DNA from: Calditrichaceae bacterium
GTDB taxonomy: Bacteria > Calditrichota > Calditrichia > Calditrichales > JBFXGD01
Length of the DNA stretch: 13,632 nt
Direction of reading: 5' to 3'
NCBI GenBank assembly: GCA_050178385.1
Contig: JBFXGD010000091.1
Span: forward strand, 1-13,632
Shown: piece after piece, positions 8,323 to 13,632 of the stretch
Layout of the letters: every line of letters begins with the position of its first letter
Numbering within the stretch: the first letter of the stretch is position 1
Made by a program: the position numbers and the translations under genes
The notes under the pieces: model-generated
What the model saw: the letters and a program-made list of their open reading frames with translations, nothing else
Databases searched by the model: none
What the model was told of the DNA's origin: nothing

Positions 8323-8359
8323 CCGGTGGATTGTCTAAAATTGATTCACCGGGTTTTTT
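8323..8359 (+). terminator. Rho-independent terminator 1 after the TonB-dependent receptor
   Basis: CCGGTGGAT...ATTCACCGG stem (one G-U) followed by GTTTTTT. Confidence 0.7.
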
Positions 8360-8369
8360 CTCACACACG

Positions 8370-8411
8370 AAGCGGAGCACGCCGGAATATGAAGGCGTGT
8401 TCCGCTTTTTT
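8370..8411 (+). terminator. Rho-independent terminator 2 (tandem)
   Basis: AAGCGGAGCACGCC / GGCGTGTTCCGCTT 14-bp stem (one G-U), 10-nt loop, running into a T tract. Confidence 0.75.
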
Positions 8412-8554
8412 ATTAAGATTGACTGCTTCTTAAACTGAACAAACGATTTAATCCTGCTTTGTTCATCCTGGCCAAAATTTTACTAATCGCTTTTAAGCTA
8501 TACATAAATTACATTATATAAAACGCACTAACTATTTTAAGATTATAAGGACTA

Positions 8555-9523
8555 ATGATGCTTTTGACATCGGATTACAAACCGCCCTTTCTTTTAAGAA
8601 ACGGACATTTGCAGAGCATTTATCCGTCGCTTTTCAGAAAATTTGATCCGGCATTATATAAGCGAGAGCGCATATCCACTCCGGATGATGATTTTCTGGA
8701 TCTGGATTGGTCGGAAGTGAATAGTGACTGTTTGGCTGTGATTTCCCATGGCATGGAAGGAAGTTCACACCGTGCCTATGTGATAGGTATGGCGCGGGCG
8801 CTCAATCATCAGGGATGGGACGCTCTGGCATGGAATTTCCGTTCATGCGGAGGCGAAATGAACCGTCAGCTCCGAATGTATCACAGCGGTTCAACTGATG
8901 ATCTTGATCTTGTCATCAATCATGCCTTATTAAAAAATAAATATAAGAAAATCGCGCTTATCGGTTTTAGCATGGGCGGCAATTTAACATTGGTTCATCT
9001 GGGGCAAAAAGGAAAAAACCGGGACCAACGAATTCGGGCAGCGGTTGTGTTTTCTGTGCCGACAGATCTGCATTCGAGTTCAATGCGTCTCGGGGAACCG
9101 CAAAATATCCTGTATATGAAGCGTTTTTTGCGTATGCTCCACAGGAAAGTACGGGATAAGAAGCTGCTTTTTCCTGACAAAATTGATGATCGTGATTTTC
9201 ACCGCATAAAAAACTTCAAGGATTTTGATGACCGTTATACCGCTCCGATCCACGGCTTCAAAAACGCAGAGGATTACTGGCATAAATGCAGCAGTAAGCT
9301 GTTCCTTAAAGATATCGCCGTACCGACGCTCATTGTCAACGCGAAAAATGATCCTTTTCTGCCGCCGTCCTGTTATCCCGTGGAAGATGTCAGGGATCAT
9401 CCATATATCTATCTGGAAATTCCGAAATCAGGAGGGCATGTGGGTTTTGTTTCTTTTAACAGTGACAATTCCTACTGGTCAGAAAAAAGAACTATCGGTT
9501 TCCTGAGTACACATGTGACTTAG
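8555..9523 (+). CDS. yheT: YheT-family alpha/beta hydrolase (putative esterase)
   Basis: NGHLQSI, RERISTPDDDFLDLDW, HGMEGSS, NFRSCGGE, nucleophile elbow GFSMGG, FDDRYTAPIHGF, AKNDPF (Asp) and GGHVGF (His). The true start may be the second ATG at 8558. Confidence 0.88.
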   Translation: MMLLTSDYKPPFLLRNGHLQSIYPSLFRKFDPALYKRERISTPDDDFLDLDWSEVNSDCLAVISHGMEGSSHRAYVIGMARALNHQGWDALAWNFRSCGGEMNRQLRMYHSGSTDDLDLVINHALLKNKYKKIALIGFSMGGNLTLVHLGQKGKNRDQRIRAAVVFSVPTDLHSSSMRLGEPQNILYMKRFLRMLHRKVRDKKLLFPDKIDDRDFHRIKNFKDFDDRYTAPIHGFKNAEDYWHKCSSKLFLKDIAVPTLIVNAKNDPFLPPSCYPVEDVRDHPYIYLEIPKSGGHVGFVSFNSDNSYWSEKRTIGFLSTHVT

Positions 9524-9714
9524 TGAAACCATGAAATTGAGTTCACCCGATTTTTAATAATCTCGGCACATTGTTCAGTTTTTATGAGAAGGATTGTTTA
9601 AACATTTTATTTATCTTTATTGGTTTTCTTGTTAAGTTTACTATTATTCCATTTATAAATTCGCAGAAAACTGTAATATCGCGGCAGGATATTTAGATAA
9701 TTAAAGGTGAAACA

Positions 9715-11064
9715 ATGAAAAAAATTCTGATTCTCGGAGCGGGGAAAAGTTCTCCCTACCTTATATCATATCTTCTTGAAAATTCTTCGAAATTTGACTG
9801 GTTTGTAACTGTTGGTGATAAGGATATCAAACTCGCGAAAGAAAGGGTCGGCACGCATCCCCGGGGGAACGCGGTCTATCTGGATGTGAATGATTCGGGA
9901 TTGTTAAGCAGACAGATAAAAAATTCTGATCTTGTACTAAATATCCTGGCGCCCGTTTTTCAGCACCTTGTCGCCTGGACATGCGTCGAACATGGCAAGC
10001 ATATGATCTCGGTATCCTATACCGACAGCCGGATCAATGATCTTGAAAAAGATGCTCACAGAAAAGGGGTTATTCTGCTGACAGAAATCGGCCTCGATCC
10101 CGGAATAGACCATATGTCTGCCGCCTCAATTATAAATCAGGTAATTCAAAAAGGTGGAATCATCAAGAGTTTTGAATCGTACGGCGGCGGCCTGTCCGCT
10201 CCCGACTCTAAAACGAATCCGTTTAATTATGTCATCAGCTGGAATCCAAGAAATGTGGTCATGGCGGGTGAAAATGGCGCCCAGTATTTGAGAAACGGCA
10301 AAATAAAAATTATTCCTTACTATCATCTCTTCAGGAATTCCTGGCCGGTTGAAGTGGAAGGTCTCGGAGTGCTGGAGGCCTATCCGAACAGAGATTCTCT
10401 GGCTTATTTAAACATGCCGGGTTTAAAAAACGTTTCAACACTGATACGCGGAACCTTGCGTTATCCCGGATGGAGCGAAACATGGCTACAAATTGTGCGT
10501 CTGGGTTTGCCAAATGAGAAAATGCGAATCCCAAACCTGAAAAATAAGACGTATGCCGATTTGGTGGAGATATTTTTGCCATCTACCGTTCCCGGATCCA
10601 ATCTGGAAGAACGTGTCGCAAATTTACTCAATATCAGTCCGACCGGAAAGATTATGGAAAATCTGCGATGGCTGGGGCTGTTTTCTGATGAAAAAATCGG
10701 CGTCAATGTGGAATCCTCCGCTGAAGTGTTGATCAATTTAATAAGCAGAAAACTGTACCTTCCCCCTGACGCCAGGGATATGGTAATACTCTTTCACAGA
10801 ATCAGGGCAAAATACCCCGCGAAGAAAAACCGGAAGGAAGAAATATTATCCACGATGATTCATTATGGTGAAAAAGGGGGATTTACTGCCATGGCAAAAG
10901 CGGTCGGTTTTCCCGCCGCGATCGCCGCTAAACTGATATTAACCGGGAAACTGCCGATTACCGGATGCTATATTCCGACTCATCCGGCGATCTATGAGCC
11001 TGTTCTTGATGAGCTGTCCCGTAACGGATTTGATTTTCGTGAATCGGTAAAGAAAATCAGCTAG
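9715..11064 (+). CDS. Saccharopine dehydrogenase (L-glutamate-forming type; Lys9 / AASS SDH-domain homolog)
   Basis: Rossmann start KILILGAG; EIGLDPGIDHM, SFESYGGGL, NPFNYVISWNP, AYPNRDS, RGTLRYPG, RDMV, TAMAKAVGFP and IYEPVLDEL, all characteristic of the family. Confidence 0.92.
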   Translation: MKKILILGAGKSSPYLISYLLENSSKFDWFVTVGDKDIKLAKERVGTHPRGNAVYLDVNDSGLLSRQIKNSDLVLNILAPVFQHLVAWTCVEHGKHMISVSYTDSRINDLEKDAHRKGVILLTEIGLDPGIDHMSAASIINQVIQKGGIIKSFESYGGGLSAPDSKTNPFNYVISWNPRNVVMAGENGAQYLRNGKIKIIPYYHLFRNSWPVEVEGLGVLEAYPNRDSLAYLNMPGLKNVSTLIRGTLRYPGWSETWLQIVRLGLPNEKMRIPNLKNKTYADLVEIFLPSTVPGSNLEERVANLLNISPTGKIMENLRWLGLFSDEKIGVNVESSAEVLINLISRKLYLPPDARDMVILFHRIRAKYPAKKNRKEEILSTMIHYGEKGGFTAMAKAVGFPAAIAAKLILTGKLPITGCYIPTHPAIYEPVLDELSRNGFDFRESVKKIS

Positions 11065-11067
11065 AGC

Positions 11068-12384
11068 CTAAATTTTATCAAGAAAAGGCCTGAGATACTG
11101 GTAATCAGGCGTAAGATTTCCTTTGTGAGCGATTACCGCACGTTTAAATTCAGGGGGAATATCAAGCTTTTCAAATGGAACATCAAAATCCGCGGAAGCC
11201 AGTTTTGGAATAAACGGGAGAAGCGAATCCCCAAACCCTGATGTCGACTCTCCCGGCAGTTCGCTGGGAAGTTTGTCCACCGCGAGAATGACGGGGCCGT
11301 TCCCCTGAAATCCGTCAAATATATTACCGGTCAATGGCTCATAAACATAAACCGGATTGTCTGATGTTGTTGTTTTGACATTGCATTCGATTGATCCATC
11401 AATATCGCAGGTAATATCGGATATTACTCTCAGCATGGGATTTTTTACATCTTCAAACAACATTTTTAAAGATTTTTTTGTAACAAGTCTGGGATATTTC
11501 TTTTCCCAATAGATACCATTTACCAGCATGGATATAGCAGGAATGTATTTTTCAAAATCCCCACGGTATTTCTCCGGATTATTAATATATTCGTTAAAAT
11601 CAAATGTATTGTCCGGATTTACGGGTTTGGTGAAAGCATCCACATCAATGATAACAGTGGTGATCCCGTTTTTTCTCAGAATCGAATGATCGGTCACCAG
11701 CAATTCTGGCGCTGAAATCAGTGCCGCGGGAAGCAGATCAAAAATTTCCTGCGCTCCCTGAGAAACCTGACCAGATCCCGTTACCGCGATAACTACGGGA
11801 AGTATCTCTTGCGGAAGCCCTTTTTTGCGAATGGTATCCGCCAGCAGATGTATGTCGCTTTTTGCTTCATCAAGGCTGTTATATTTATTGGCCTGTTTTA
11901 TTAGGGCAAAAGGATTTTCAATCCCCTCTGCTAACAGACGTTGTCCGTATATCCACAGGGTATTAATAGCGCCTACTATTCCCGCGTATCTGCCAAAGAA
12001 TATAATGCGGCGACCCATTTCATCGGTAACTTTTTCGTAATCTATAAGCGTATTCTTCAATTCAAGCATACGTTTCAGGAGTGGCATATTGTACGACTGG
12101 CCTTTTATAGTGTGCGAAAAAAAGCAGTACGCCTTGTTCTCAGATAATTCATCAGCAGGTACTTCTTTGACCCCGAAGATGACATTACAGTCTGACAAGT
12201 CATCGTTTAATATCGCACCCGCGTCCTTATATTGATTATTGGTGAAAATTCGTCGCTTTGACGGTGTTATGATGATGTCAAGACTAGTACCATTCACTAA
12301 TTCTTTGACATGATCCGGCGACAAAGGCGCTCTTTTTTCAGTCTGATCTATATCTTCCCGTCTGATTCCAATGCGATTATTCAT
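11068..12384 (-). CDS. Lysine-ketoglutarate reductase (LKR/LOR; AASS N-terminal domain homolog, AlaDH/PNT superfamily)
   Basis: IGIRRED...EKRAPLSP, FGVKE, FFSHTIKGQ.YNM, LIDYEK, FGRYAG, TGSGQVSQGAQ, NGIYW...YPRL, ISDITCDIDGSIE and VDKLPSELP. Start moved from 12429 to ATG 12384 (AGGAAAGG RBS at 12398-12391). Confidence 0.9.
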   Translation of the reverse strand: MNNRIGIRREDIDQTEKRAPLSPDHVKELVNGTSLDIIITPSKRRIFTNNQYKDAGAILNDDLSDCNVIFGVKEVPADELSENKAYCFFSHTIKGQSYNMPLLKRMLELKNTLIDYEKVTDEMGRRIIFFGRYAGIVGAINTLWIYGQRLLAEGIENPFALIKQANKYNSLDEAKSDIHLLADTIRKKGLPQEILPVVIAVTGSGQVSQGAQEIFDLLPAALISAPELLVTDHSILRKNGITTVIIDVDAFTKPVNPDNTFDFNEYINNPEKYRGDFEKYIPAISMLVNGIYWEKKYPRLVTKKSLKMLFEDVKNPMLRVISDITCDIDGSIECNVKTTTSDNPVYVYEPLTGNIFDGFQGNGPVILAVDKLPSELPGESTSGFGDSLLPFIPKLASADFDVPFEKLDIPPEFKRAVIAHKGNLTPDYQYLRPFLDKI

Positions 12385-12463
12385 ATTAAACCTTTCCTGA
12401 TTTGTCGGATGTAAGGATATTCGAAACAATAAATACGCTGCGAGGTATGTTCAATACAGTAAT

Positions 12464-12492
12464 AATATAGTTTTTTAATAATCATCAATCAA
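12464..12492 (-). promoter_or_regulatory. Putative sigma70 promoter of the LKR gene
   Basis: The minus strand reads TTGATT (12492-12487), 17 bp, TATATT (12469-12464). The region is AT-rich, so a chance match is possible. Confidence 0.45.
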
Positions 12493-12630
12493 GAACAGTT
12501 GAACTGTCTATAATTGAATTTCAGTCCTTCCGGATTCAGCAGAAAATCTTTATGAACAGGAAATTCGGGGTACGATGTATCAATTTTATTTTGTTTAACA
12601 GAGTCAAATATTTATATTTGTTTCAGGTGA

Positions 12631-12648
12631 TATTCCTGATCAGGAGTA
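12631..12648. promoter_or_regulatory. Palindrome TATTCCTGA|TCAGGAGTA upstream of narK (putative operator)
   Basis: Perfect 12-bp core TCCTGATCAGGA extending to 18 bp with one mismatched pair; lies just after a weak TTGTTT-N16-TATATT promoter candidate (12591-12618). Confidence 0.4.
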
Positions 12649-12730
12649 ATATTTAATCCACCAATTCATGCAGGAATTTCTGGATGGAATTTTCAATCTG
12701 ACACAATTTTACCAGGAAGGTTTTTTTTAT

Positions 12731-13632
12731 ATGGAGTCGCACAACGTTAAGGGATCACCACGACAGGGGTTGTTCGGAACAACCCTGGGATTTTTCTTTG
12801 GTTTCGCGGCCGTTTCACTTTATGGGCCGACGGCAGTAAAATTTAAAGAAGCAATGGATTTAAGCCCGGCATTGCTCGGTTTTCTTGTCGCGATTCCTTC
12901 TCTTTCCGGCTCGCTTTTGCGCATTCCATTTGGCGCCTGGGTGGACACCACCGGCGGTAAAAAGCCGTTTTCCTGGCTTCTTCTTTTATCATTGTTTGGT
13001 CTTGGCGGTGTGACATTTCTTCTCAGATTTACTTATCCCGGCCAGATGCAGGGATTGTATCCGATTGTCCTGTTTTTCGGGTTTCTGAGCGGCTGCGGCA
13101 TAGCCACGTTCTCGGTAGGTATCGGACAGACATCTTACTGGTATCCGCAAAAGAAACAAGGATCCGCATTGGGAATTTACGCGGGTCTTGGTAATTTAGC
13201 TCCGGGGATATTTTCATTGCTGCTCCCGATATATCTTACATATTACGGTTTTATTTCCGCCTATTTCGCATGGTTCATTTTTCTGCTTATCGGGACAATT
13301 CTCTATCTGAGATACGGAACCAACGCCTATTATTTTCAATTCCGTAAGTTAAACCTGAGCGTGGCGGAAAGCAGGGAACGGGCCCAAAAGCTGGGACAGG
13401 AGATATTTCCTTCCGGCAATATGATGGATAGTCTGGTAAATTCAGGGGCAAAGCTGAATACATGGGCTCTGGTCGCGCTGTATTTTACAACCTTCGGCGG
13501 ATTTATCGCGCTTACGGCCTGGTTTCCAATCTATTGGAGTCAATTTCAGGGATTCTCGCCTGTAAAAGCGGGGCTATTCACCGCGATTTTCTCAATCCTT
13601 GCCTCGCTTCTAAGAGTGGCGGGGGGATCAAT
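12731..13632 (+). CDS. narK: NarK-type nitrate/nitrite MFS transporter (NNP family), truncated by the window end
   Basis: My own translation gives 300 open codons from ATG 12731 (AGGAAGG RBS): MESHNVKGSPRQGLFGTTLGFFFGFAAV..., GSLLRIPFGAWVD, nitrate signature SYWYPQKKQGSALGIYAGLGN, YFTTFGGFIAL and ASLLRVAGG. Both conserved substrate-binding Arg positions are present. Confidence 0.88.
   Translation, partial: MESHNVKGSPRQGLFGTTLGFFFGFAAVSLYGPTAVKFKEAMDLSPALLGFLVAIPSLSGSLLRIPFGAWVDTTGGKKPFSWLLLLSLFGLGGVTFLLRFTYPGQMQGLYPIVLFFGFLSGCGIATFSVGIGQTSYWYPQKKQGSALGIYAGLGNLAPGIFSLLLPIYLTYYGFISAYFAWFIFLLIGTILYLRYGTNAYYFQFRKLNLSVAESRERAQKLGQEIFPSGNMMDSLVNSGAKLNTWALVALYFTTFGGFIALTAWFPIYWSQFQGFSPVKAGLFTAIFSILASLLRVAGGS

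Noticed and set aside
8436..8465. Inverted repeat TGAACAAA/TTTGTTCA upstream of yheT
   Set aside because: Long loop, AT-rich stem and no T-tail; cannot be told apart from chance.
3584..9506. Short alternative-frame or antisense ORFs overlapping the PilZ, DinB, receptor and yheT genes
   Set aside because: They lie almost entirely within well-supported genes and show no family motifs.
9524..9714. Lysine riboswitch upstream of the saccharopine dehydrogenase
   Set aside because: No AGAGG(U/C)GC start and no multi-helix GC-rich fold; only short inverted repeats in AT-rich sequence.
12385..12429. N-terminal extension of LKR given by the ORF track
   Set aside because: Family similarity starts at MNNRIGIRRED, and the RBS sits right before ATG 12384.
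12594..12607. FNR/CRP box upstream of narK (TTTAA-CAGA-GTCAA)
   Set aside because: Three mismatches to TTGAT-N4-ATCAA in an AT-rich region; too weak to call.
10126..13217. Short ORFs inside SDH, LKR and narK, including 13029-13217 on the minus strand
   Set aside because: Shadow ORFs; 13029-13217 is antisense to the narK frame that the ORF track missed.
1..13632. CRISPR array, integron attC sites, IS elements, prophage, tRNA or rRNA
   Set aside because: No regularly spaced repeats, attC-like structures, recombinase or transposase genes, or RNA-gene signatures were seen.

Overview
Bacterial chromosomal window from a diderm organism (it encodes a TonB-dependent outer-membrane receptor). An FCB-group lineage such as Calditrichota or KSB1 is my impression only. 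There are ten protein genes: an M50-like membrane zinc metalloprotease; a secreted beta-lactamase/AmpC-family serine hydrolase with two C-terminal DUF3471-like domains; an SRPBCC lipoprotein; a PilZ protein coupled to a DinB-family protein; an Oar-type TonB-dependent receptor; a YheT-family alpha/beta hydrolase; a saccharopine dehydrogenase; a lysine-ketoglutarate reductase; and a NarK-type nitrate/nitrite MFS transporter cut by the window end and missing from the ORF track. I saw no CRISPR array, tRNA, rRNA or mobile element. Four things stand out: (1) a near-consensus sigma70 promoter about 460 nt upstream of the receptor gene, implying a long, helix-rich leader that matches no riboswitch I recognise; (2) the two halves of eukaryotic AASS (LKR and SDH) as separate convergent genes with stop codons 3 bp apart; (3) an ECF-sigma-type promoter in front of the serine hydrolase; (4) a narK upstream region with a palindrome and repeated CAGGA motifs. 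All protein calls come from motif recognition; no database search was run.
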